Part shown: positions 1 to 24,575 of the stretch, in pieces
Position numbering within the stretch: the stretch's first letter is position 1
Layout of the letters: every line of letters begins with the position of its first letter
DNA from: the human T2T-CHM13v2.0 reference genome, Homo sapiens
DNA length: 64,000 nucleotides
Assembly (NCBI RefSeq): GCF_009914755.1
Contig: NC_060944.1
Strand: one strand, 5' to 3'
The notes under the pieces: generated by a model
Told to the model about the DNA's origin: nothing
The model's database searches: none
What the model saw: the letters and a program-made list of their open reading frames with translations, nothing else
Translations under genes and position numbers: made by a program

Positions 1-1590
1 GGGTGGGGTCCCTCTGTCTGGGGCACTGGCACCCACAGCAGGACTCCGCCAGTCTGATGCCAGGACTGAATAAAGTGTATTTGCCCCGACCTTGCCCTGT
101 GGTTCTGCATGTCTGTGCTCTTCCTCAACCCTCCCTAAACAGTTTGCCAGATTCAAGTCCGTGTGATTTGGGCCCGAGCTGGGTGTCCCAGGGCAAGCCA
201 CCTTGCCTGTCTAGGCCTCTATGTCAGGACTCCCTGGCCTTCATGAAGAATAGCAAACTCATCCCTGTAGGGACCAGGCAGGTAACATAGACGAGTGACT
301 CTGGGTGGACAGTGGTGTCATGACCCACTTCAAGGGGCCTACCTCCTGCCAGTTGTGACCCTGTGGGAATGCAGTCCACAGTGGCCAGGTGGCCAGATTT
401 TTCAAGAAAAGCTGGATGGATGTTTCTGAGTCATCTTAATTTCAAAATGAGACTCATATTTTAAAATTTCTGTGGGCCAAATGAAACAAGTATGCAGGCA
501 GGTCTGGTCCGAGGGGGCTGGCTTGGCCATGCCTTTCTGTGCCTTTAATGAGGACTAAGAAGCAAGATTGGGCCACACTGTCTGGACTCAAAGCCCAGCT
601 CCACCACTGAGCACCCGTGTGACTCTTTCCATATGTATAACGTGGGGATAATAATAATAGCTGCTTCACAGGATGAAATGAAGTTTGAGGTGAGAAGCAT
701 TCACCATGGTGCCCATCGTGTTACTCCATTGTCAGAGGAGGAAACGGGGTCAGGCAGGAAAGCAACTTAAAGGAGGGCCTGCAAGCAGCCAGGGTCAGAG
801 ACAGGGCTTGGTTCTGCTTCCTGGTGAAGCATGGCTTCGGGGTGCTGCCTCTCCCTCCCTGTTTGAATCTGCAGATTGTGTTAGGCCCCCAGCTGAGGGC
901 CTGGAGTGGTGGGATTGGTCCCAGTGCCTGGCGCACATTGGCCTGCAGAGTAGATTAACTGAATGACCAAAGAGCAACAGAAGTCTAGTGATTCTTGTCT
1001 TTGAGGTTCTGACTGGTGTTTTACAACTGAGTCCAAGGCTTTTCCCTCCTTTGTCCCTCTGACACCCCTCCCCCTAATTCTCATCTGTCAGATCCAGTGT
1101 ATTCCTAAGCTGGGACAAAGCCTCTGTTTTCCCAGTAGGAGCCAGGGCTGAGTGTGGAAATTACAGTGACTGCTTCTTCTCAGCTTCTCTGGTTGAAAGC
1201 AAGCTGGCGAAGTAAGAGGAGGTAGAGTTGAGAAGGTGTGGAAGATAGGGACAGCTGCCCCCAGAACTCCCTTCAAGGGAGGACTTCCCCAGCTATGGGA
1301 AGTGCCATCAGGGTGGCCGCAGCTGCAGAGAGCCACTTCACCTGAGACCACGCCCTTCCTGGGGCAGCCTGTATCTGGTGTCTGAGTGAGGCATGGTATA
1401 AACACCTGGTCATTTCAATCCAACATGGGACGGACACTGACAGACAGTACTCCCAGCAGGCCCAGGCCAGCCAGGGCTTCGTCAGGCCTGCAGCACAATT
1501 TGACTTCCTATGCCCAGGCCTGCTTCCTCTTCTTCCTCTTCTTTTCACAGGTGCTTATTCCTAATAAACATCTTGCAACCCAAACTCAGT
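1..1590 (+). other. SOX12: Probable distal 3' UTR of the upstream gene (likely SOX12)
   Basis: Alu-free sequence with AATAAA at 69-74 and 1563-1568. Identity inferred only from the known gene order SOX12-NRSN2-TRIB3; no coding sequence visible. Confidence 0.55.
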
Positions 1591-1627
1591 CTCATTGTCT
1601 GTTTCTAGAGAAACCCAGTCTACAACA
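1086..1627 (+). mobile_element. Old solo ERVL-class LTR (LTR40/LTR41-like), boundaries approximate
   Basis: TG...CA ends; 3' end AATAAACATCTTGCAACCCAAACTCAGTCTC...GAGAAACCCAGTCTACA resembles ERVL LTR R/U5 ends from memory. Confidence 0.45.
1563..1568 (+). terminator. Poly(A) signal AATAAA
   Basis: Canonical hexamer followed about 25 nt later by GT/T-rich TTGTCTGTTTCT. Confidence 0.6.
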
Positions 1628-2111
1628 GAGGGTTCAAGAGACTGGACAAAGGGAATTGGGTCAGTGGCCCAGCAACTGCAGCTAGGCCGGTCGGATGTAT
1701 CCTAATGTCAAGAGTCTGTTCACCGATGCCATCAGCACCAAACTAGGGGCTGCACACTTTCCTAGTCTGCACACCAGTCACGTCAATTAGAGACTCCAGC
1801 CTCAGCCCGAAGGCCTTCCAGGGCCCCCTGCTGATGCCATTCTCACTGCCAGTCCGTCCCCTGGTAAAAGCAGGTGGGAGGGAGGTCGTCATCTGAGTTT
1901 GTCTTACAGAATAGCCTGGAATGGGGTGCACGGTAAAATGCCTGACCGGAGATAATGCTAGAGCTGTGGAACCTTGGGCAAGCCTCTTCCCCTTTGTGGG
2001 CTGTACTGGGAGTCGGTAATAGGACTAGAAGAGGGACCATCTCATTTTGGTTCCTTCCATTTCAGATGCTGACCTGAAAGGTCGGGGAGACAGCTCCTTA
2101 TGGGGTCTCTG

Positions 2112-2125
2112 GGGCCACCTAGTGG
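2112..2125 (-). promoter_or_regulatory. CTCF motif
   Basis: Minus strand reads CCACTAGGTGGCCC, matching core CCASYAGRKGGC. Confidence 0.55.
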
Positions 2126-2309
2126 CTAAGAGGAGTAGAACCAAGGTTCTGTGCAGTTGGGAGGTGGGAGTCGGGGTGTGTCCCAGGCCAAGGAACTGAG
2201 TCCCACTCGAGTCTCACTCCATTCATGCATTGACTCATTGCTGGGTCATGCCCCTTGCCTGGGTGGTGTGAGCCACCCTGCTTCCAAGGCTTTCAAAACA
2301 CCATACGCT

Positions 2310-3325
<1,016 letters not shown>

Positions 3326-3509
3326 CACACACCTGTAATCCCAGCACTTCGGGAGGCCAAGGTGGGAGGATTTCTTGAGTCCAGGAGTTCAAGACCAACC
3401 TGGCCAACATAGCAAGACCTAATCTCTAGTAAAGTTTTTTTTAAAAAAATTAGCCAGGCACGGTGGTACACACCTGTAGTCTCAGCTACTTGGGAAGCTG
3501 AAGTATCAT

Positions 3510-4165
3510 AGCTGAGAATTCTCAGGTCTACATCTCCATCCCAGACATGACTAGACTAGCTGCCTTCTTGTCATCTCCACTGATATATCTAATTGGCACC
3601 TCAAACTGGACATGCCAAAAAATGAACTGTTTCCACAGTGCTCCCAAGCCTGCTTCCACAGACCACATCTGCACAGCTGATGTGAAATGAAAGGCTAAAG
3701 CCTCTCAGTTATCCTTGATGCCTCTTTTCCTCCCAGCGCCATCTCCCTTATACCCTGTTGGCTCTACCTTCAAAATATGCCCTGTGTCTTGTCACTTCTC
3801 ACATCTTCCATGGCCTCTGGGTCCAGGATATAAGGGCATACGAAGGGCTCCTTGCGTTTTCCTTTGCCCCACTCATAGTCTTATTGTCCACACAGCAGCC
3901 GGAGTGATCTGGTTAAACTGTAAATCCCAGCACACCCTGCCACTGTTCAAAATTCTCCAAAGACTCTCATTCAGTAGAAGCCAGAGTCCTCAGCATGGCC
4001 TGCAAAGCCCCATAAGAAGTAGCCTGTGGCTCAGCCTCGGCTTCATCTTCTACTTTTTCTGTTTCTCACATGCCCAGTCACACTGGTCTTGCTGTTCCTC
4101 AAAAGTGCCAATCACACTTCCGCCTGAAGGCTTTTGCACATGCTTTTCCCTCTGCTTAAGATACC
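3510..4165. mobile_element. L2 remnant
   Basis: Degenerate L2 3'-region phrases (ATATCTAATTGGCACCTCAAAC, GGCTCTACCTTCAAAATATG, CCACACAGCAGCC). Confidence 0.55.
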
Positions 4166-4173
4166 CTTCCTCC

Positions 4174-5181
<1,008 letters not shown>

Positions 5182-5359
5182 TCAGTGAGCTCACAGGTCT
5201 GAGGAGACACATAAACCCAGGAATGGAAATGCTTTGCTGGCGATGGACAGTGAGTCTGGGAGAACATTGAGGAGATGTTTAACCCAGACAATGGAGTGGG
5301 GTGTGGTCAGGTCATTCCCTGGAGGAGGTGATGTTTAAGCTGTGGCATGAAACCTCAGT

Positions 5360-5850
5360 AGGATGTGATGACCTTAGAACATGGCTACACGTTCTTTGAC
5401 ATTCCTCCTTTAAATTACCTTCCCTTTGAATCTGGGCTGGGCCTTCATGATCCATTTGTAACCAACAGGACACAGCAGACATGGTGCTGCAGGATTTCCA
5501 AGGCTAAGTCACGCTGAACCGCCATGTTGAAAGGCCAACAGCCAAGACTGCCATGTGGAGAAGCAGCCCGGGCCACGTGGGAAGACCATGTGTAGGTAGC
5601 TGCTCCAGTTGACAGCTGAGCCCAGGCACCAGACTTATGAGTTGAGAAGCTTCCAGGGGATTCCAGCCCCTCATAATTCAACTCACTCCCAGCTGTTGGA
5701 GGGCCTTCCCAGCAGAGGCCCAGCCATCACAGAGCAGAGACAAGCCATCCCTTCTATATCCTGTCTGAATTCCTGACCCAGAGTCCACGAACATAATGAG
5801 ATGGCAGTTGTCCACACTATTAGGTTTTGGGGCAGTTTGTTATGAAGGAA
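5360..5850 (+). mobile_element. MaLR (MLT1) LTR
   Basis: Characteristic TTCTTTGACATTCCTCC...GAATTCCTGACCCA...TTTTGGGGCAGTTTGTTATG. Confidence 0.6.
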
Positions 5851-6074
5851 TAACTGGAACAATAGGATAAGGAAGAGTGAGGTGAAGGAAAGGACTTTAC
5901 AGATGCCAGCAACAGTACATGGGAAGACCTGGTAAGAGTGGCTGACACAGAAGCTAACCAGCTTGCGGGGAAGGTGTGGAGAGAGGAGGGTGACAGGCAA
6001 GAGTGAGAAGGACCTTGAAGGTATTTGGACTTTATCCCGAGTCTTCACACTGCAGCCCAAGGGGTCAAGGAGTC

Positions 6075-8314
<2,240 letters not shown>

Positions 8315-8861
8315 TGATTTTAGTATATGTGTGCTGAAATGAGCACTTCCCTCTTCTCTTGTATGCGTTTGGTTTGACTACCAAATTTATTCACTTTTGC
8401 AATAAACCGTCACTGAGCACCTACTATGTTCCAGGCACTGTCTTAAGGACTGGGGATTCGTCAGTGAATAAAGCAGACATAGTCCCTTCCCTCACAGAGC
8501 TTATACTCTAGTAGATGGAAACGTATAATGAATAAACAGATAAGTGCACATAATGATATCATGCAGTGAAGGGGACAAAGTGTAAGGAAGGGCTACTATT
8601 TTAGATGAGGAGGTTGTATCAGTCAAGATGGGCTAGGGAAGTCAGAGATGGTTGGGAAGAAAAAGCCTGGCTTCCCCCTTTCTCCCTCCAACTTCCTGTG
8701 GGTGCCTCACCTTGGGTGACCTCAGCTAGAGGCCAGCTGACAAAGGAGGCTGAGTAGCTTCCAGGGGTCAGCTCTGCAAAGCAGGAAAGAGCAAGGAATC
8801 CACTGGAAGCAAGAAGGCCCAAAAGTACCTTGGGAGGTACGCCGCTTTTTCAGCTCACTCA

Positions 8862-10290
<1,429 letters not shown>

Positions 10291-10340
10291 AATGGGTATG
10301 AAGTGACTAGGATCATTTTGAGACCCAAACAGTCACAGGC

Positions 10341-11910
<1,570 letters not shown>

Positions 11911-12816
11911 TAATAGATAATCCATCTTGTTTTTCTCAAAAGTAGACAGTTTATCAGGTGTCGTGTCTCTCACCTTCCCACCCTACTCACCTATAAACTA
12001 ATATAACAATAACAGTAACAATAACCATAATTTGCTGAGTTCTAATTTTGTTCCAGGTACTTTGGATAAGTGTCTTATATGCACATCTCATTTCACTCTT
12101 TCAACCCCTCTGAGAGGCAAGTACTTAAATTATCTTCATTTTACAGTCAGGGAAACTGAGGCACAGAGTGTTTAAATCATGTAAGCAGTAAGTAGTGGAG
12201 CTAAGATTCAAACGCAGATCTGCTGGACTCCAGAGTTCAACTTACAGACACTACATTGTGGCTCTTCTTGGTGGCCCCCTCCCCTCCTCCCCAGGCTCTC
12301 AGAGGATACAGGATCCCTCCTTTGCTAGTCAAGGCCAGCCCATCCCCCTGTATATTTGACTTCATCTCTTCCCACTGCCCCAGGATTTCATCCACCCCTG
12401 CTCTGATATCAGGGGCCCCCTCCCCTTCTGTCCATGGTGTGGGGCTTTTTGCACTTCACACACACACACACACAGGTGCACATACATACACACCCCTTCT
12501 CCAAACCACTCCACAAAGGGCCCCTGCCTCCTCACTTTCTTGCCTTCCACATCACACCCTAAATTCTCCTGGCCAAGGTTCCCACTGACCTCCTTGTTGC
12601 CAAACCTAAGTCCTGTTGTCCCGCTGTGTGTCTCTTATGCACTTGGCAAGGCTGAGCAGGTCCTTCTTGGAAATGTGTTTCTTTGGTTTCTATGACACAA
12701 TGCACCCCCACTCCAAAACACACATACACACATCCCAGATTCTTGCCCCCACCCACCACCACCCGCTATCTCTCTAGATGCTTCTGTGGTTCTTTCTCCT
12801 CCTCTGACCTCTTCAA

Positions 12817-13870
12817 ATGTAGTATGGTGGTTTTAAAACATGTCCATAATTTTTTTTTTTTTTTTTGAGATAGAGTCTCACTTTGTTGCCCGAGCTGGAT
12901 ACAGTGGTGCGATCAGGTGCGTGCCACCATGCTCAGCTAATTTTTTTTAACTTTTAAGTTTTTTGGAGAGATAGGGGCTCCCTGTGTTGACCAAGCTGGT
13001 CTCGAGCTCCTGGGCTCAAGCGATCCTCCCATCTTGGCCTCCCAAAGTGCTAGGATTACAGACTTCAGCCATCGTGCCCAACCATGTCTATAAATTCTTT
13101 AAGACTCCTCCCACTGAGTAACAGAGTCTGTTTCTTCCCCTTGAATCTGAGCCAAACTTAGTGACTCAGACTACAGTAGAAATGATTCTATGGTGACTTG
13201 TGAGGCTGGGTCATAAAGGCAATGTGGCCTGACTCATGGGAGTCCTGAGCTACAGTGTAAGAGGTGTCAACACTCTCAGCTGCCATGCTGTGAGGAAGCC
13301 CAACTGGCTCATGCAGAGAGACAACATGGAGAGGCCTTGAGGCTATATGAAGAGAGATGCTTGGCCAGCTCCCAGCTGCTCCAGCTCCCCAGTGCTCCGG
13401 CTTCCACTGTAACCACAAAAGAGACACCAAGGCAGAACCACCCAGATGAGCCCTTCCCAAATTCCTGACCCACAGAAATTGTGAAAGATGATAAAAATCA
13501 TTGGATTTGGAGTGGTCTGTTATGCAGCCATAGACAGCCAAACAGAGGCATCTTAATCTGCTTGGGCTACTATAACAATTTAGCATGGAGCAGGTGGCTT
13601 GACAACACACATTTATTCCTCAGGTCTGCAGGGTGAAGAGTCTAAGATCAAGGTGCTGGCAAATTCCATTCTGCTGGCAACCAAGGGCCTGACTTCTGGT
13701 GTACAGACGACCATCCTATTGTAGCCCCAAATGGCACAGAGAAGAAGCAAGCTCTCAAGTCTCCTCTTATCAGGCTGTAATCCCTCCCAAAGGCCCACTT
13801 CCAAATAACATCACCTTAGGACTTCAACATATGAATATGAGGGAGATACAAACATTCAGTCTGCAGCAGA
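12817..13870. mobile_element. Two adjacent MaLR LTRs (MLT1-type about 12817-13545, split by an Alu at 12849-13080; second about 13550-13870)
   Basis: TGGTGGTTTTAAAACATGTCC...AAATTCCTGACCCACAGAA; TCTAAGATCAAGGTGCTGGCA...ACAAACATTCAGTC. Confidence 0.6.
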
Positions 13871-13941
13871 GGGCTTCGTTAGAGCTCTGACCTGAGCACG
13901 CTTCATCTCAATGTCATTGTTTTTGCCAGCTCTACATCCAC

Positions 13942-17510
<3,569 letters not shown>

Positions 17511-18399
17511 CTAAAAAGGAAGATGTGGCCCTATCTTGCCGAGCTCATTCTTCTGTGTGTCCCCAGCCCCTAGCACAAGGAGAAACAGAATAGATGCTCA
17601 AGACACAAAGGCATGTCTGTGCAAGGGTGCTTGATGACGGTTGGAGGGGCACAATGACTTTCCCAAGATCACACAGCAAATGTGGGACAAAATCAAGGCT
17701 GACAGCTCATGACAGGGTGGGAGGCAGATGCAGCTGCCTGGCACAGGCTGGCTCTCCAGGGAGATGGGCAGTGGGCACGCATTGCCCAGGGCAGAACTGG
17801 GGCTAGGGGAGGAAACAACAAGGGAGGCTGTCATTAGCTCCTTCCAAAGTGGAGGTCACTTCTCTCCCAACCCCGAGTCCTCCACCCAAACTCCCTTCTC
17901 AAGGTACAAGGGCTGATCCCGTACCAGGGATGGGTAGGGACTCAAAGAGGAAAAGAGGATGAAAAGAGGATGGGGACTGAGTGAGATGTGAGGACTCCAG
18001 AGGGATTAGCGGCTCTCAAGGCAAGTGGGAGGGGACTTCCCGGTAGGAGCCCGGAGACAGATGGGAGCCTGTGAAGAGGGCGGGGGCCCGGCGAGGAGAA
18101 GCGGTTTCTACGCTGGGGTGGGGCTCCATGAGGGGGATGGAGACCTGGAAAAGGGACTGACGGTGCAGCGAGGAGAGGAAGGCTCGGTTAAGGGATGGGT
18201 CTTCCACGGGAGGGGTGGGGAACTGCGGGAGTGACGGCAGCTTCGGTGAGGAGTCTGAGGGGCTGCGTGAGGGGCTGGGGCCCAGGGAGTCCGAGGGGTC
18301 TCTGTGAGGGCGCTGGGGTGTCCGAGCGAGCAGGGAACTCTGGAAGGGGACAGGAGCCGGGGGAGCTGCAGGCGGCCGCCGTCTGCAGAGCCAGGCCCT

Positions 18400-18490
18400 G
18401 AGGCGGGCCGGCGCCCCCTCCCCCGCCCCGAACTGCGGCGCAGGCGCGAACCGGACCCGCCTTTGCTCGGCGGAGACAGCAGGCAGAGAG
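18400..18490 (+). other. NRSN2: Probable non-coding first exon of NRSN2 (5' end uncertain)
   Basis: Strong donor GAG|GTGAGC at 18490/18491 within the CpG island. Confidence 0.6.
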
Positions 18491-19447
18491 GTGAGCTTAG
18501 CCCTGCCCCACGCGCGGCCAGGCCCCAGCCCCAGCCCCTGGAGAACCCCCGCGCTCTGCCCGCATCCTCAGCCCGGGCCGTGTCCCGCCAGGGCCGGGAC
18601 CTTTGCGCCTGAGCCTCGGCTTTGGGAGGTGGGGGTCCCAGGGAAGCAGCAGGGGCGGGAGACAGAAACAGCCCCATCGCCCCTCGACGCCTCAGGGTTG
18701 ATAGGCTGGGTAGAGGCTTCAAAGGACACCCCCACCCCCGCCAACACTTCAAAAACCCATTCCTACCCCTCTCTGCCTCAGTTTCTCTCTAGGGAAAAGG
18801 ACGCAGTTGGTGTGGAGCAGGGCATCGGTGGTCCTGTCAGGAAGAGTGGCGCGGGTGCCGGTGGGGAAGGGAGGCGGGAAATGGCCTGATTTCCCCGGCC
18901 GACACCCCCTACCCATCCCCCCCGGGAGGGCGCCCCTTCTCCCCCGCCCGGGCAGCGCTGGACGCTGTAGTGGGCGAGTCTGAGGGTCTGGGAAGGACAC
19001 AACTGAATGAGGCTGTGCAGAGGCGACAGATTCCGTCCATCTTCGGGCCCTGGCTTCCGTCACTTCCGCCCGTGCCTGCCGCCCCTCGCCTCCTCCCTCC
19101 GCCGCAGTCTCCCCACGTCGGACAGCGCAGCCCCCTCCGCCTCCCGCTCCCCTCCCACCGAGCTCCTCCCGGCTCCCGGGCTGGGGACGCCTCCCTAGCG
19201 GTTCCCATGGCAACCCTCGTCCCGGGTGCCTGCGCCCCGCCCCCCGCCCGCCAGACCTACTCCGTGCAGCCCTGAAACGCCAGGCGGAGGGGCCAGGCCG
19301 AGCGGGAGGCAGCGTCAAGGTCACCTTCCCTCTCCAGTAGCAGCAGGACTGAGTGATTCCATCTATTTGGAGTCGCGGAAGCGGTGAATTGGAGGGGAGG
19401 AGCTGACCCAGGTCAACAGCCCCGAAGCCCCCTCCACACCTCCTCAC

Positions 19448-19600
19448 CTGTGGCCTTGAACAGTGGTCTCCGCACGGAGGCTCCTACCGTCCCCCAGGCC
19501 CCATTTCTTCTCCCCACCCGGGCCTCCCCAGCGCCTCGCCGGGGCGGGTACCGCGCTGGCCGCACCCTCCGCACAGCCCGCCCCGCCCGCCTCCTCCGGC
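19448..19600 (-). ncRNA. Candidate first exon of antisense lncRNA (NRSN2-AS1-like)
   Basis: Minus-strand donor CAG|GTGAGG at 19448/19447 in the CpG island. An antisense lncRNA is known at this locus; this exon assignment is inference. Confidence 0.35.
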
Positions 19601-19830
19601 GAGCCCTCCTCTCCAGACCTCTCGCCCTCCTCCTCCGACGGTCCTTCGCTTTCAGTCTCTGCCTTTTCCCGTTCTCTGTCGTGGCTTTTGTTGTTGTTGT
19701 TTTTCCTCCTTTCCTTCCCCGCTCTTCTTTTCCCTGAATTGTAAGTGAGGAGGGTGTACAGCCACTATTTATGGACAGGCTTTCTTGACAGCAATCTTGT
19801 GTGCCGTGTGACTCCAAGCAGAACCTCCAA

Positions 19831-19832
<2 letters not shown>

Positions 19833-19894
<62 letters not shown>
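19833..19894. repeat. (GT)31 microsatellite
   Basis: Read directly. Confidence 0.97.
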
Positions 19895-19895
<1 letters not shown>

Positions 19896-20614
19896 GTACC
19901 TATCTGGGTATGTCTCTGTATGCTTTGTGAGTATGTCTGTGTGTTTCTCTGTGCTGTTTCGGTGAGTTTCTCTATGCAGGGATTTGAGGACCACATCTGA
20001 TTGGAAGTGAGGGGCAGCTGTCAGGACCTTTATCTTACCCTTTGGAACAAGCACATTGTTTCATTTTGCAGGAGGCTGCTAATTAAGGCTGAGGGCCATC
20101 ATGGAGACTGGGGTAGAAGCCCAGTCCTCCCCCAACACCTCCTGGCTTTGGTTCGGGCCAAACCTGTATATGGATATACAAGTACCTTCCATTCCCAAGA
20201 TCCGTGTCCACTTTTGTGGAAAAAAAAAAAAAGGTTATTTGATAGGTTTCTCTGGAAATCTAACAGCCCTTAAGCCTAAGAGTCTTTAATCCTGAGGGAC
20301 CCTGACTTTCACTTCCAATGGAGTCAAAATTCATTGGAATCTGGAGGCTTTCAGGGGCAGTCCTGGGGAGGACCTTTTTATAGCCTTGCAGCTTGGGAAC
20401 TCCAGCCCAAGTGTCAGCCATGACAATTACCCCCAGGAGGGGGTCTGAAGGGGAGCGGAGGGTGAGGCTCTCTCATTCCAGATATGGAGACTAAAAAGTT
20501 CAAGATGGAAGTAATAGCAAAAAAATTACAGTACTAATCACAACAGCTACCATTTCTCAGCATTAGACACAGTAACTGTATGAAAGAAGTATGATTATTA
20601 GGTCTGTTTTACAG

Positions 20615-20729
20615 ATGAGGAAACTGAGACCCAGAAAGGTGGAAGCACTTGTCTAAGGTCACGCCTCCAGGAAGCAGTGTGTCCACGACTCCAGTCCAAG
20701 TGGTCAGGCTCCAGAGCCCACAGTCCCAG
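20615..20729 (+). other. NRSN2: Probable MIR-derived 5' UTR exon of NRSN2
   Basis: Acceptor TGTTTTACAG|ATGAGGAAACTGAG (MIR core) and donor CAG|GTACTG; 115 nt; 274 nt upstream of the first coding exon. Confidence 0.55.
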
Positions 20730-21009
20730 GTACTGGGTGGCCTCCAGAGTAAACATGCACATTTATTGACACCTCCAATTGCCAGGCACTGGGCTAAGGC
20801 CTTCAGTGCATTGGCTCATTCGCAGTGTGCTTTGGGAAGGACAGGCTGGGATTCCAAAAGGCCAGACTGTGCTATGCGTGTAGGGTGTCTCGAGTGGGAG
20901 GAGAAGCGGGTGGGGCACAAAGATTTAGGGGGCTTATGAAGGTCACCATGAGCAGCTCCCACTAATCCCTCCCTCCGTCAGCTGCACCTTACCTGCTCCC
21001 CAGGGGTCC

Positions 21010-21198
21010 ATGATGCCGAGCTGCAATCGTTCCTGCAGCTGCAGCCGCGGCCCCAGCGTGGAGGATGGCAAGTGGTATGGGGTCCGCTCCTACCTGCACC
21101 TCTTCTATGAGGACTGTGCAGGCACTGCTCTCAGCGACGACCCTGAGGGACCTCCGGTCCTGTGCCCCCGCCGGCCCTGGCCCTCACTGTGTTGGAAG
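21010..21198 (+). CDS. NRSN2: Neurensin-2 coding exon 1 (aa 1-63)
   Basis: MMPSCNRSCSCSRGPSVEDGKWYGVRSYLHLFYEDC...LCWK (neurensin YGVRSYLH motif); acceptor AG at 21002-21003, donor AAG|GTAAGG, phase 0. Confidence 0.97.
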
Positions 21199-21434
21199 GT
21201 AAGGCCAGATGAGCACCTCCCATGATTCCTCTGCCTTGATGGAGGAAATGAGTCTGAATTTGAGGCTCAGAGGAAAAAAGAAGAGATAGCGTAGTAGTTA
21301 GGAGTCTTGCACAGTCAAGCAACAGAAAACCCAATTCAAATGGGTTTAAATAATGAAGGGAGCCTTCATTGTATTTGTATTTACATACAAATTATTTACA
21401 TAATTATTTACATATTTATTGTATGTAAATAATG

Positions 21435-23185
<1,751 letters not shown>

Positions 23186-24575
23186 CGTCAAAATGTCACC
23201 TCCTCAGGGAGGAGATCCCTGGACTGAGTCGGGTCCCTTGCTTTACTCTGGGCAAACTCTGTGCCCATTCATTCTTCAATACACTTACCACTTTGCACAC
23301 TTGTAGTTTATATGGAGAGGTAAAAGATTCAGAAATTTAAAAATCATTTATAAGAAACAATGCTTTTAATTCCCAGAAGTCCTGACAAGCATTGTGTTGG
23401 CTCTCATTGGGTCACTTGCCAGCCTTGAACTAATTACTATGGTTAAGAGATGGACTATGCTGACTGGCAGGAAGTGAGGTTCATCTCACTTAAATCTTAC
23501 TGTGGTTTCTCAATGGTAGACTGGAGTACCTTGCCAGGGCAGAGAAAAAATGTGAAGAATTGATGTCTTTAACAGCCAAGGAGACTAGTCGGCCAGGGTG
23601 CACCAATGGGTCAAGGTGTAGAGGTGGCAATGAGCTGAGTGCCTGCTATGGGCATAGCTCTTTGCTAAATATTCTCGGGAGACTGAGGCAGAGGGTCCCT
23701 TCTTTTGCTTTCAAAGGACTTCACTCTAGTGAGGAGGTAAGGTGCCAACCTCTGCAGAGAGGCCAACTTACATAACTTCAGGTCAGGTCTGTAGGGAACA
23801 CCAGGAGAGGAAATGATCAAGGAAGACTTCCAAGGAAAGGTTAGTGTGTATTTAAAATTTTTAAGCATCTTCTTATTGCGAGGCACTGTGCTAGGCTCTT
23901 GGGAACACAGAATTTAAGACATGAGGTCCCTGTCTTCGAGGAACTCTTTTAGCTGTGGTTTATTTAATCATTCAGCAAACATTTATTCAGCCTTTGCTCT
24001 GTGCCGGCACGTGCTAGGCACAGAAGACTCCTAGTGAGCCAAAACAGGCACAGTCTGCTCTCATGGAGCTCTCAGTACTGCGGGAGAGGCAGACGTCACT
24101 TACATAGCAACCAAAATACATGTCCAAGTGTGCACAATGGTAAGTGTATTGAAGAATGAATGGGCACAGTTTGCCCAGAGTAAAACAAGAGACCTGACTC
24201 AGTCCAGGGGTCTTCTCCCTGAGGAGGTGAGGTTTGAGATGAGATCTGATGGTGCATAGGAGTTAACCCAACAGAGACAGGAAGGTAGAAAGGATAAAGA
24301 GATGAGTTGGGATGGAGGGAAACACAGGGTTGGCCGGAGAAACCCACTGCTAGGTGGGAGCTGGGAAGGAAATTAAGAGGCCTCAGGATTCCAAATAAAA
24401 CATGACAGTTTATGCCTCCTGTCAGTTAGACCCCAGCAAGTGTGTTCTGTGATTCCCATCTCCTGAGGATGGATCAAGGGGTTACCCTTAAGTCTGGTGA
24501 GGATCCAAGGTGATCCCTTGGCCAGGGGCCCCTGGCTGACCCTGACTGCTTCCTGGTCTGTCTGCTTCTCCCTAG

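Larger units (their letters stand above)
18010..19700. promoter_or_regulatory. NRSN2: CpG island / promoter of NRSN2 (probably also drives antisense transcription)
   Basis: High GC and CpG density, GC boxes, ETS and RFX motifs, about 2-3 kb upstream of the NRSN2 ATG. Confidence 0.9.

Noticed and set aside
18108-20054. Several 200+ aa Arg/Gly/Pro-rich ORFs on both strands
   Set aside because: Expected from stop-codon scarcity in a CpG island; mostly non-ATG starts, no recognisable domain
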